Below, in pieces: positions 16,726 to 25,391 of a stretch of DNA of 64,000 nucleotides (the first letter of the stretch is position 1; each line of letters begins with the position of its first letter). The stretch covers positions 37,854-101,853 of the forward strand of contig DATJOG010000005.1 of NCBI GenBank assembly GCA_035507275.1, given 5' to 3'. The notes beneath the pieces are model-generated. The model saw nothing but the letters and a program-made list of their open reading frames with translations, did no database searches and was not told the origin of the DNA. Position numbers and translations under genes: made by a program. Source of the stretch: Candidatus Acidiferrales bacterium (GTDB lineage Bacteria > Vulcanimicrobiota > Vulcanimicrobiia > Vulcanimicrobiales > Vulcanimicrobiaceae).

Positions 16726-18066
16726 TTGAAGCGACTGAGCACCGGAGTCCTCGCCGTGCTGTTAGCAGCCGGTCTCGGACTTAACGCGGTCGCAGCCCAG
16801 AACACCTCCGCGTCGCATGGAAACATTGGAACCAACGCGATCGCGCAGGATTCAGGCTCGACCATGGCTCCGCCGGCGAACTTCGGTTCCCCACCGTCGG
16901 GGCAGATCCCGATCCTCTATAACGACCACCACGTTTATGCGAAGCCCGACGTCCTCAAGCAGGGTCGTGTGCTCGCTGCGCTCGTGCGCGGCGGCACCGT
17001 GCTCATCCCGCTTCGTTCGATGTTCGAGCAAATGGGCGCGACCGTTTCATACGATGCGTCCAGCAAGACGGTGGACGTCAGCAAACCCGGCGCCGACGTG
17101 AAGGTCACGGTCGGAAAGCCGGAAGTCGTGATCAACGGCGAATCGCGTCCGCTGGACGTGCCGCCGATCCTGTATCACGGCCACGTACTCGTGCCCGTCC
17201 GCGTGATTTCGGAAGGCATGGGCGCGTACGTTCAGTGGGTGCCCGATAAGCAGCTGGTCGTCGTGCGGTACATCCCGCCGACACCGCCGCCGACGCCCAC
17301 GCCGCCCCCGCCGCCGACCGCTCCGCCGGCAACTGCACCGCCCACGCCGACCCCGGCACCGGTTGCAACGCCGTACCGCGACCTCTTCATCGCGGGTGAC
17401 TATCTCGTCTCGCAAAAGGTCTACGACGAGTTCTCTCCGGGCAACACTGCAAGCGGCAACAACGGCAACGGGATCTCGTACCAGATCCATGGTGCGGGTG
17501 AATTCGACGTCTTCGGCATGCCGTGGATGATCGACGGGGCGTTGGAACAGATCAACTACCCGCATGATTGCGGCATCGATCCCACGACCGGTGCATACAG
17601 CGCCAACTGCTATGTGACGACGATCGGCGGAATGGGTTCAAACCCAATCGGCGCGACGGGCATCAGCAGCTACGAAGCCGAAGCGCACGTCGGTCTCAAG
17701 GTCGCCGATCCGCACATCTACATCGGCGTCGGCTACCTGTGGCGTTCGAACAACGTCGGTTATCCGCGCCTCTCGAACGTCGGCTTCGGCGCCGAGAAGC
17801 TTCCGGATCTCAACCATCCGTTCTCGGTTTACGGGAGCGTTTGGTACTACGGCAACGTGAAGGGCAACTTCACCGATCCGTCCGGCAACGTCTATCAACT
17901 GGCCTATAACATCCTCAAGGGCCAGCTTGGTGTGACCTACTCGTTCCAAGGCAGCCCGCTCTTCCTTGAAGCGGCCGTCATTGGCGAGGAGCTCAAGAAC
18001 AAGACCAACGCGCCGAGCGATGGGGGCAACTTCGGCCCCTACGTCGGTATCGGGTTGAAGTTCTAG
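16726..18066 (+). CDS. outer-membrane protein: copper-amine-oxidase-N-like domain + Pro/Thr linker + C-terminal beta-barrel
   Basis: 446 aa with a TTG start 7 nt after AGGAGG and a signal peptide. The CuAO-N1-type repeat is GRVLAALVRGGTVLIPLRSMFEQMGATVSYD / HGHVLVPVRVISEGMGAYVQWV. A PTPPPTPTPPPPP linker follows. The C-terminal half has alternating-residue strands and ends ...YVGIGLKF (terminal Phe). Confidence 0.7.
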   Translation: MKRLSTGVLAVLLAAGLGLNAVAAQNTSASHGNIGTNAIAQDSGSTMAPPANFGSPPSGQIPILYNDHHVYAKPDVLKQGRVLAALVRGGTVLIPLRSMFEQMGATVSYDASSKTVDVSKPGADVKVTVGKPEVVINGESRPLDVPPILYHGHVLVPVRVISEGMGAYVQWVPDKQLVVVRYIPPTPPPTPTPPPPPTAPPATAPPTPTPAPVATPYRDLFIAGDYLVSQKVYDEFSPGNTASGNNGNGISYQIHGAGEFDVFGMPWMIDGALEQINYPHDCGIDPTTGAYSANCYVTTIGGMGSNPIGATGISSYEAEAHVGLKVADPHIYIGVGYLWRSNNVGYPRLSNVGFGAEKLPDLNHPFSVYGSVWYYGNVKGNFTDPSGNVYQLAYNILKGQLGVTYSFQGSPLFLEAAVIGEELKNKTNAPSDGGNFGPYVGIGLKF

Positions 18067-18090
18067 ACTCGCCTCACGGCGGGTTGACGA

Positions 18091-18127
18091 AAGAGCCTCT
18101 GATGACTCAGAGGCTCTTTTCTTTTTT
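18091..18127. terminator. bidirectional rho-independent terminator
   Basis: A perfect 12-bp stem AAGAGCCTCTGA/TCAGAGGCTCTT with loop TGAC is followed by TTTTCTTTTTT on the plus strand. It sits between convergent genes, and the minus-strand stop lies at 18126-28. Confidence 0.85.
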
Positions 18128-18812
18128 ACGAACCGGCGGTTGGAACCGGTGAGGGCTCCACGCACTGCGGCGTAATCACGTCGATCGCCGGGCTGCCGGG
18201 TTTCGGCGACGGAGTCTGCGTTGCATTGGGCGTCGTCTCCGGCATGACGCCGCTCGGCAAAGGTGTCGGACAGAGCTGCGGATTTGCAAAGTAGTGCTCG
18301 GTGAAGCCGCGCGCAAGGTCGGCTCTTTCTAATTTTCCGAAGTACGTGTTGGGAAATCGCGACGTCAGGATGTGCATGTAGGTCCATGCTTTCTGCTGCC
18401 AAGGCAGCAGATAGATCTTCTTGTACATACGGATCGCGAGAAAATAGGAACGCGCGAGCTGGGGATCGCCGGGGTATTTATGCGACCAATCGCGCAGCGC
18501 TTCGTCGGCAAAGCCGACCTTCGAAACGATGCCGGGGTCGGTCGTGTAGTCGCCGGCGCGGATCGTCTCGTCGTGAAACGTGTTGTTGATGCCGAGATAG
18601 CTCAGCTTCATGCGCCCGAAGTACTCGTCGCCCGGGGCCGAATGCGTGAAGTCTTCGCATTGCACGCGGGCCCATTTGCTCGGCTTCTTCGCGCAAGAAT
18701 CTTTCGGTGCGGCGGTTGCCGCGGGTTTGGGAGCCGCGAGCGCGGCGGATCCAAGCACGGCGGCAAGCGCGATGACGGAGGCAACAGCAAAGAGCGGACT
18801 GCGTTTCACCAA
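18126..18812 (-). CDS. secreted hypothetical protein
   Basis: 228 aa with a signal peptide (FAVASVIALAAVLGSAALA), normal composition and a Pro-rich C-terminus. I recognise no motif. Confidence 0.55.
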   Translation of the reverse strand: MVKRSPLFAVASVIALAAVLGSAALAAPKPAATAAPKDSCAKKPSKWARVQCEDFTHSAPGDEYFGRMKLSYLGINNTFHDETIRAGDYTTDPGIVSKVGFADEALRDWSHKYPGDPQLARSYFLAIRMYKKIYLLPWQQKAWTYMHILTSRFPNTYFGKLERADLARGFTEHYFANPQLCPTPLPSGVMPETTPNATQTPSPKPGSPAIDVITPQCVEPSPVPTAGS

Positions 18813-18883
18813 ATCTCTCTCCTTCGGCGGGTTGCCGAGGTATTCGCAAGGCTACGAGCGGCTCCCGTGTAGAACTGCACCTC

Positions 18884-20182
18884 GTGGCACGAATGCTTCG
18901 AGTCGCCGCGCTGCAATTGCGCGCGCACGATCGCGCCGAGTACGAACGGGTACGCTCGTCAATCTTCGAGCGCGTCGAACGCGCCGCGCGCGATCGCGAC
19001 CTGCTCGTCTTGCCCGAGGGAACCTTCCCAGCCTACGTGCTCGGCGACGCAGACATAGACGAACGCTTGGTTGCCGGTTCGATCGAAGAGCTCGCGCGCA
19101 TCGCCCGCGCAGCGTCGTGCGCGATCGTCGCCGGTGCGGCGGTGCGCCGGGGCACAACGCTTTACAACAGCGCGATCGTGATCGATCGCGACGGCAGCTC
19201 CGCGGGCTCGGCCGAAAAGATATTTCTCTGGCACTTCGACCGGCAGTGGTTCTCACCCGGAGCATCGCTCGGGCCGGTGCAGACGTCGCTTGGAAATCTC
19301 GGCGTCTTGGTTTGCGCCGACGGACGGATGCCCGGCATCGCGCGCGCGCTCGTCGATCGCGGAGCCGAGCTCCTGGTCATGCCGACCGCATGGGTTACCT
19401 CGGGACGCGATCCCCACGCACGCGAGAATCTGCAGGCCGATTTACTCGCGCGGGTACGCGCGCTCGAGAACGACGTGCCCTTCGTGGCCGCGAATAAATG
19501 CGGCATCGAGCGCGGCATGGTCGCCTACTGCGGCAAGTCGCAGATCGTCGACGCGGCCGGCGAACTGGTTGCAATCGCTTCTCAAGAACACGAAGAGCTG
19601 GTGAGCGCGCAGATCGAACTGCGCGCGCCGCGGCCTTACCGCACGCTGCCTTCCTCGCCCGCGCCCCGCGCTGCAGCCGGCGAACGCGTGGTGCGAATTG
19701 CCGTCTCGATCGACGCGCTGCCCTCCGATATCGACGATCGCCTGCGCATTTTCGAAGCGCAGCTCGCGCTCGCCGCAGAAGGCGACGATGGATTCGCGAC
19801 CCTCGACCGCCTGCTTCCGGCGGTACGCCTCGACGCAGCGGCAGCCTTCGATCCCGGCTACCTCGTCGCGTACCGGATAGCCGGATATCGCGTCGCGGTG
19901 TTGGATGCCGCGCAGCCGCACCCGTGGCTCGAACGCATCGCGCGGACGCGCGCTGCCGAGCTGCGGCTCTACGTCATCGTCTTCGACCGGTCCGCGCGGC
20001 GCGCGTATGCGATCGATCCCGACGGCGCGCTGATTGCCGGAACCTTCGACGATTTCACCATCGCGAGCGTCGCGCTCGATCCCGTCCGTACCGCGCAGAC
20101 GCTGGTCGCTCCCGGCACCGACGTCGCTGCCGGCGTGGAACTCGTGCAGGTGCTGACGCGGCGCGAGGCGAGCGTTTCGTGA
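18884..20182 (+). CDS. carbon-nitrogen hydrolase (nitrilase superfamily) with extra degenerate C-terminal half
   Basis: 432 aa. The N-terminal half carries the Glu-Lys-Cys context (LLVLPEG, AEKIFLWHF, GVLVCADG). Residues ~260-432 repeat the fold pattern without these residues. Confidence 0.75.
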   Translation: MARMLRVAALQLRAHDRAEYERVRSSIFERVERAARDRDLLVLPEGTFPAYVLGDADIDERLVAGSIEELARIARAASCAIVAGAAVRRGTTLYNSAIVIDRDGSSAGSAEKIFLWHFDRQWFSPGASLGPVQTSLGNLGVLVCADGRMPGIARALVDRGAELLVMPTAWVTSGRDPHARENLQADLLARVRALENDVPFVAANKCGIERGMVAYCGKSQIVDAAGELVAIASQEHEELVSAQIELRAPRPYRTLPSSPAPRAAAGERVVRIAVSIDALPSDIDDRLRIFEAQLALAAEGDDGFATLDRLLPAVRLDAAAAFDPGYLVAYRIAGYRVAVLDAAQPHPWLERIARTRAAELRLYVIVFDRSARRAYAIDPDGALIAGTFDDFTIASVALDPVRTAQTLVAPGTDVAAGVELVQVLTRREASVS

Positions 20183-20676
20183 GCGCGCACGCCGCCGCGC
20201 CGAGCTCGGATCGCCTCGTCCCCTTCTTCACCGCCATCGTCGCAGTGCTCGCCGCACTCGGCACGCTTTTCGCCACGCACCGCTCGATTCAAGGGCTTGC
20301 GGTGCGCAACGACGCGGTCATTCTCACCGCCAAAGCTTCGGATCAATACCAGTACTTTCAAGCCAAAGAACTCAAGGCGACGCTCTACTCCGCGCTCAGC
20401 CAAAAAGGCAAAGTATCCGAGGAGCAGCGTACCTCGCTCGCTGTTTTCGCCGAAGCGAAACGCTTGGATGCCGAGGCGGACAAAGAGCAGGAACGTGCCG
20501 ACGCGCTGATGCGATCCTTCGAAATCTTGGAGATCGCGACGACGCTCTTCGAAATCGCGATCGCATTTGCATCGATCGCGGCGCTCACCGGCGCGCGCTT
20601 CGCGCTGTGGCCGGCGGTAGCGTTGAGCGCGGTCGGCATCGTCGTAGGAATCGCGGGGTATTTTCAAGCGCATTGA
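20179..20676 (+). CDS. DUF4337-like small membrane protein
   Basis: The last 165 codons of track ORF 19498..20676, starting at a GTG in a GTGA overlap with the nitrilase stop. It has TM-helix-TM topology with the central ILTAKASDQYQYFQAKELK helix recalled from DUF4337. Confidence 0.55.
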   Translation: MSAHAAAPSSDRLVPFFTAIVAVLAALGTLFATHRSIQGLAVRNDAVILTAKASDQYQYFQAKELKATLYSALSQKGKVSEEQRTSLAVFAEAKRLDAEADKEQERADALMRSFEILEIATTLFEIAIAFASIAALTGARFALWPAVALSAVGIVVGIAGYFQAH

Positions 20677-21857
20677 AACGACTCGCGCTGGTTCTCCTCG
20701 CGCTCGCCGTCGCGGCCGCGCCGCGCGATTTTCCCGTGCAGCGCGCGACCGGCACGATCCCCGGCGGCACGCTTCCCTTCCTTCCCGGCAGCACGCTTCC
20801 CACGCGCGTCAACGGATTCGGTGCGCCCTACACGCGCATCGTCAGCGGACCCGCGCGCACCCAGCGCTCGGTCATCGCTTCGGGCCCGAACGGCCTTGCA
20901 ATGCGCAGCTTTACCTTCGCACCCGCGCCCGATCCCGAAAAAGCGTTCATCGCGGTTGCGAGTTACGAAGACGGCGTCGTTCTGCACGACGCGCGCGCTC
21001 CGTTCAAGGCCGAAGCGGCGCTGGGGATCGGCGGCGCGCCGGGCGACGTTGCGCTCGATCCCGGCGGACGCCTCGCGTCGGCCGTGACCGACGGCGATAC
21101 GGCGACGATCGCGACGCTCGATCCGTGGACGGTTCGCACCTTTACCGGCGTCCCGTTCTGCGACGAACTCGCCTTCGATCCCGCTAGCGGCGCGCTCTTC
21201 ATCACCGATCGCGACGTCGACGGCGCGGGCGCGCTCACGCGCATCGCGCGCGACGGAACGGTGACGCGGCGCGTGCTCGGCCTCACCGCCGAGGGTCTGG
21301 TCATCGACCCGGTGCGCGAGCGCGTTTACGTCGCCAACGTCAACGACGGAACGGTCTCGATCGTCGACGCGCGCAGTCTGGTAGAGCTGCGGCGCTTTCA
21401 CGTTGTCGACCGCGTCTTCTCACTCGCGCTCTCGAGCGACGGTACGCGCCTCTACGCGGTCTCGAATCAAAGCCTGCACTCGCCCTTCGCCAAGGCCGGC
21501 GGCGTGGTCGCGGTCGACGTAGCCGGCGACCCGCGCGTCGTCGCGCGCAGCGAGCCTCTCTCCTTTCCGGTCGGCATCGTCTACGACGGCGCGCGCGACC
21601 GCCTGTACGTCACCGATGAAGATACCGACGCCGTCGACGTGCTCGACGCGCGTACGCTGCGGCCCGCGCACGCGCCGCTTGCAACCTGCACGACGCCGTG
21701 GAAACCGACGCTCGATCGCAATCTGCTCTATGTACCCTGCGCGCGCGGCGACCGGGTCGACGTCTTCGATACCTCGACGATGCGCCGCGTCGCCGGAGCG
21801 CCTTTTGCTACCGGTGGTTATCCGCTCGCCGTCGCCGTATGGCACCCGCCGTCGTGA
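20673..21857 (+). CDS. secreted YVTN-type beta-propeller repeat protein
   Basis: Trimmed to TTG at 20673 (TTGA overlap), giving LKRLALVLLALAVAAAP as a signal peptide. It has repeated RVYVANVNDGTVSIVDARS / RLYVTDEDTDAVDVLDART blades. Confidence 0.7.
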   Translation: MKRLALVLLALAVAAAPRDFPVQRATGTIPGGTLPFLPGSTLPTRVNGFGAPYTRIVSGPARTQRSVIASGPNGLAMRSFTFAPAPDPEKAFIAVASYEDGVVLHDARAPFKAEAALGIGGAPGDVALDPGGRLASAVTDGDTATIATLDPWTVRTFTGVPFCDELAFDPASGALFITDRDVDGAGALTRIARDGTVTRRVLGLTAEGLVIDPVRERVYVANVNDGTVSIVDARSLVELRRFHVVDRVFSLALSSDGTRLYAVSNQSLHSPFAKAGGVVAVDVAGDPRVVARSEPLSFPVGIVYDGARDRLYVTDEDTDAVDVLDARTLRPAHAPLATCTTPWKPTLDRNLLYVPCARGDRVDVFDTSTMRRVAGAPFATGGYPLAVAVWHPPS

Positions 21858-23932
21858 TCGCGGCTCTGCTCCTCGCAATCCTGCCCGTCCAGCTCGACGC
21901 CGCCGCGCCGTTTCCGCACATCGTGACGGACGCGCCGGCGATCGAAACGATCGCGCCGGGTGTCGAGTACGGCGAATACGATCTCGTCACGAGCGCCGGA
22001 CCGATCGTCATCCACGCCATCGCCGTCGCGCCGCACACGCCAAACATTCGCATCGACAGCGTGCTCGCCGGAGACGCTCTCGCGTCGCAGGGTGAAACGG
22101 TCTCCTCGATGGCGCAGCGCACCGGCGCGATTGCCGGCATCAACGGCGACTATTTCGATATCGGACGCACCAATCGGCCGACCAACATCGTCGTGCGCGG
22201 CGGCGAATTGGTGCGCACGCCGCGCAAACGCTACGCGCTTCTGATCGAACGCGACGGTACGGCGCAGATCGCGGAGGCCGATTTCACCGGCACGCTCCAG
22301 CTCTCCGGCCGCAGCGTGCCGCTTGACGCGATCGATGCGTCGCCCGGCGGCGGTACGACGCTGCTCACGCCCGCCTACGGTCCGGTCGCGCCGTCGAACA
22401 CGCTCACGCTGGTCGCGCTGGTTCCAACCGACGGCACGCCGCCGTTTGCTACGTATCGCGTGACCGGCGTGCTCGACAACACGACGGCGCAGCCGCCGGG
22501 CTATTATCTCGCGATCGGGCTCGATGCGTATGCGAGCGTCGGCGTGCCGAACGACGGCGACACGATCGCGATCGGCGGCGATCTCTCACCGGTCGCGCTC
22601 GCGGATCTGCAAGCGGCTGTCGGCGGCGGCCCTCTGCTTCTGAACGACGGTGCATGGACGGAGGATCCCGACGGTCCGAACGGCGGCGAGTACGAGCAGC
22701 GAATTCCCTGCAGCGGCGCGGCGATCGGCGCCGACGGCACGCTCTACCTCCTCGAAGTCGACGGGCGTCAGCCGCTCTATTCGGTCGGCATCACGCGCCC
22801 CGAATTTGCGGCCTTGATGCGCGCATTCGGCGCGGTGCGCGGGATGGCGTTCGACGGCGGCGGCTCGTCGGAGATCGTTGCGCGCACCCTGACCGAGCCG
22901 GATGCGACGCTCGCCGATGCACCCTCGGACGGCAAAGAGCGTAAGGTCGCCGACGGCATCTTCGTCTACGACACATCCACGCCCGGACCGCCGGCGCAGT
23001 TAGTGGCCGCACCGGCGGTCGTGCGCGCGTTTCCCGGCGCCGCGGTTGCGGTGCGCTTTGCGGTCGCCGATACCGACGAGCGCGTCGTCTCCTCCGACGC
23101 GCCGCTCGAGGTACGCGTCGACCCGGCAACACTCGGGCGTTACGATGACGGAACCTTCACTGCGGCGCAGCCGGGAGACGGCGCACTCGTCGCACGCGAA
23201 GGGGCCTTCACACTGCAGCTTCCCGTACACGTTGCGAGCGATCCGGCACGATTGATCGTGCTTCCGCCCGACCCCAGCGTCGCGCAGGGCGGGCGGCTGA
23301 CGCTTCAGGCGCGCGCCTACGACGCGCAGGGTTATGCGATCGCTCTGCCTCCTACGCTGCCATGGCGCGCGCAAGGTGGATCGATCGACGCCTACGGCAC
23401 GCTGACCGCCGGAACGAGCGATGCGCTCATCTCACTTCTGCTCGGCGACCATCTCGCAAATGCGCTCGTCACGGTCGGCTTTCACGACGTCGCGCTCGCG
23501 GCAAAGCCCTCGTTCATGACGATCCCGCGCGGCGGCGAGGGATCGGTCGTGCAGAGCGCAGATTGCCCAACATGCGAAACGCTGCAGTACGCACTCGGGC
23601 CGCAAGAACGGGCCGCCTATATGATCACCGACGTGACGCTGCCGCCACGCACCGTGGCAATCGCTTTCAGCGTCTTCGACGACGGCCAGGGCGCGCGGCT
23701 GAAACTCGCACTGCGCAATGCGATCAACGAAGAGGTGCTCCTGGCAGTGGGTCCTATGGATCATGCGGGCTGGCGCGACGTCGTCGTGCGGCTTCCGCAG
23801 GGAATCGCACAGCCCGCACGTTTGGTGGGAATCTACGTCATCGGTGCAGACCCTGCATCGGCAATCGCCGGCCGCATTTCCATAAAGAATCTTCACGCAA
23901 TCGCAGCAGGCGCGCAGCCGGAGCGACCCTAA
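21839..23932 (+). CDS. secreted phosphodiester glycosidase family protein with C-terminal beta-sandwich domains
   Basis: Trimmed to the ATG at 21839 (MAPAVVIAALLLAILPV, signal peptide), overlapping the previous gene by 19 nt. AGINGDYFDIGRTNRPTNIVVRGGELV and MAFDGGGSSE are typical of the DUF2233/NAGPA family. Confidence 0.65.
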   Translation: MAPAVVIAALLLAILPVQLDAAAPFPHIVTDAPAIETIAPGVEYGEYDLVTSAGPIVIHAIAVAPHTPNIRIDSVLAGDALASQGETVSSMAQRTGAIAGINGDYFDIGRTNRPTNIVVRGGELVRTPRKRYALLIERDGTAQIAEADFTGTLQLSGRSVPLDAIDASPGGGTTLLTPAYGPVAPSNTLTLVALVPTDGTPPFATYRVTGVLDNTTAQPPGYYLAIGLDAYASVGVPNDGDTIAIGGDLSPVALADLQAAVGGGPLLLNDGAWTEDPDGPNGGEYEQRIPCSGAAIGADGTLYLLEVDGRQPLYSVGITRPEFAALMRAFGAVRGMAFDGGGSSEIVARTLTEPDATLADAPSDGKERKVADGIFVYDTSTPGPPAQLVAAPAVVRAFPGAAVAVRFAVADTDERVVSSDAPLEVRVDPATLGRYDDGTFTAAQPGDGALVAREGAFTLQLPVHVASDPARLIVLPPDPSVAQGGRLTLQARAYDAQGYAIALPPTLPWRAQGGSIDAYGTLTAGTSDALISLLLGDHLANALVTVGFHDVALAAKPSFMTIPRGGEGSVVQSADCPTCETLQYALGPQERAAYMITDVTLPPRTVAIAFSVFDDGQGARLKLALRNAINEEVLLAVGPMDHAGWRDVVVRLPQGIAQPARLVGIYVIGADPASAIAGRISIKNLHAIAAGAQPERP

Positions 23933-23942
23933 CATCGCAGGA

Positions 23943-25391
23943 ATGGGTTTCGAGGATCTTGCTCGCCGGGCGTTAGACACGGCGAGCGTTCGTGGCGCCC
24001 GCTACGCGGACATTCGATTCGAGAACGTGCGCAGCGAACGTATCGAGGTACGCAACGGAGTCGTGGCTTCGCTCGCGGACGCGCGGAGCGTGGGCTACGG
24101 CATTCGCGCCCTCGTCGACGGGGCGTGGGGATTCGCCGCCAGCAGTGACTGCACGCACGCCGGCATCGACGCGACCGCGGCGCGAGCGGTCGCGATCGCT
24201 CGCGCAAGCGCTTCGATCGCGCGCAACCGCTTCGGCGAACCGCCGCCGCACGCGTACGTCGATCGCTATCACACGCCGCTCGTGCGCGATCCGCAAGAGG
24301 TTCCGCTGGGCGAGCGCGTGGCGCTGCTCCTAGAAGCCGAGAAACTCGCGCGAGCGAGCGATCGCATCGCGGTCTCGCGCGCATGGCTCGATCTATGGCG
24401 CACGCAGAAGTGGTTCTACAGCACGATTGGTTCGGCGATCGAGCAAACGATCGTGCAGACCGGAAGCGGTGTCCAGGCGATGGCGATCGGCGACGGCGAC
24501 GTACAGACGCGCAGCTTTCCCGGCGACTACGGCCTCTACAAAAGCGGCGGATGGGAGATCGTCGAGGAGGCCGCGCTCACGGAAAACGCGCAGCGCATCG
24601 GAGAAGAGGCGACCGCGCTCCTTTCGGCCCCGCAATGCCCGAGCGGCACCTTCGACATCGTCTTGGGCGGCTCGCAGGTTTCGCTTCAGATTCACGAGTC
24701 GTGCGGTCATCCCGCCGAACTCGATCGCGTGATGGGCTGGGAGGCGAACTTCTCCGGCACCAGTTTTCTCGAGATCGGCGAGCTCGACAAATTACGCTAC
24801 GGTTCGCCCATCGTTACGATCGTGATCGACAACACGCTGCCGCACGGCATGTCGACCTGCGGATACGATGACGAGGGCACGAAGTCCGGAGTCTCCGATA
24901 TCGTGCGCGAAGGGGTGCTGCGCGGCTACGAGATGAGCAACGATACCGCGCGCGCCATCGGCCGCGAAAGCAACGCCTGCGTCCGCGCGCAGAGCTGGGA
25001 ATTCGTCCCGATGATCCGCATGTGCAATCTGAATCTGCTGCCCGGCGAGGTTCCTTTCGACGGTCTCTTCGACGGCGTGCGCGACGGGATCTATATGGAG
25101 AGCAACCGCTCGTGGTCGATCGACGACCGCCGCCTGAACTTTCAATTCGGCTGTCAGATCGGGTGGGAGATCAAGAACGGAAAACGCGGGCGGATGCTCA
25201 AGAATCCGACCTACGCCGGTATGACGCCGCAGTTTTGGAATTCGTGTGACGCGATCGCGGACGTGCGCTCGTGGAACGAGTGGGGAACGCCGAACTGCGG
25301 TAAGGGCGAACCGATGCAGACCGGACGCACGACCCAGGCTGCGTCGCCGGCGCGTTTTCGTAACGTCGACGTCGGAGTAGCGTACCAGTGA
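23943..25391 (+). CDS. tldD: TldD family metalloprotease
   Basis: 482 aa with the HExxxH motif HESCGHPAELDR and a conserved C-terminal GxC region (NCGKGEP). Confidence 0.85.
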   Translation: MGFEDLARRALDTASVRGARYADIRFENVRSERIEVRNGVVASLADARSVGYGIRALVDGAWGFAASSDCTHAGIDATAARAVAIARASASIARNRFGEPPPHAYVDRYHTPLVRDPQEVPLGERVALLLEAEKLARASDRIAVSRAWLDLWRTQKWFYSTIGSAIEQTIVQTGSGVQAMAIGDGDVQTRSFPGDYGLYKSGGWEIVEEAALTENAQRIGEEATALLSAPQCPSGTFDIVLGGSQVSLQIHESCGHPAELDRVMGWEANFSGTSFLEIGELDKLRYGSPIVTIVIDNTLPHGMSTCGYDDEGTKSGVSDIVREGVLRGYEMSNDTARAIGRESNACVRAQSWEFVPMIRMCNLNLLPGEVPFDGLFDGVRDGIYMESNRSWSIDDRRLNFQFGCQIGWEIKNGKRGRMLKNPTYAGMTPQFWNSCDAIADVRSWNEWGTPNCGKGEPMQTGRTTQAASPARFRNVDVGVAYQ

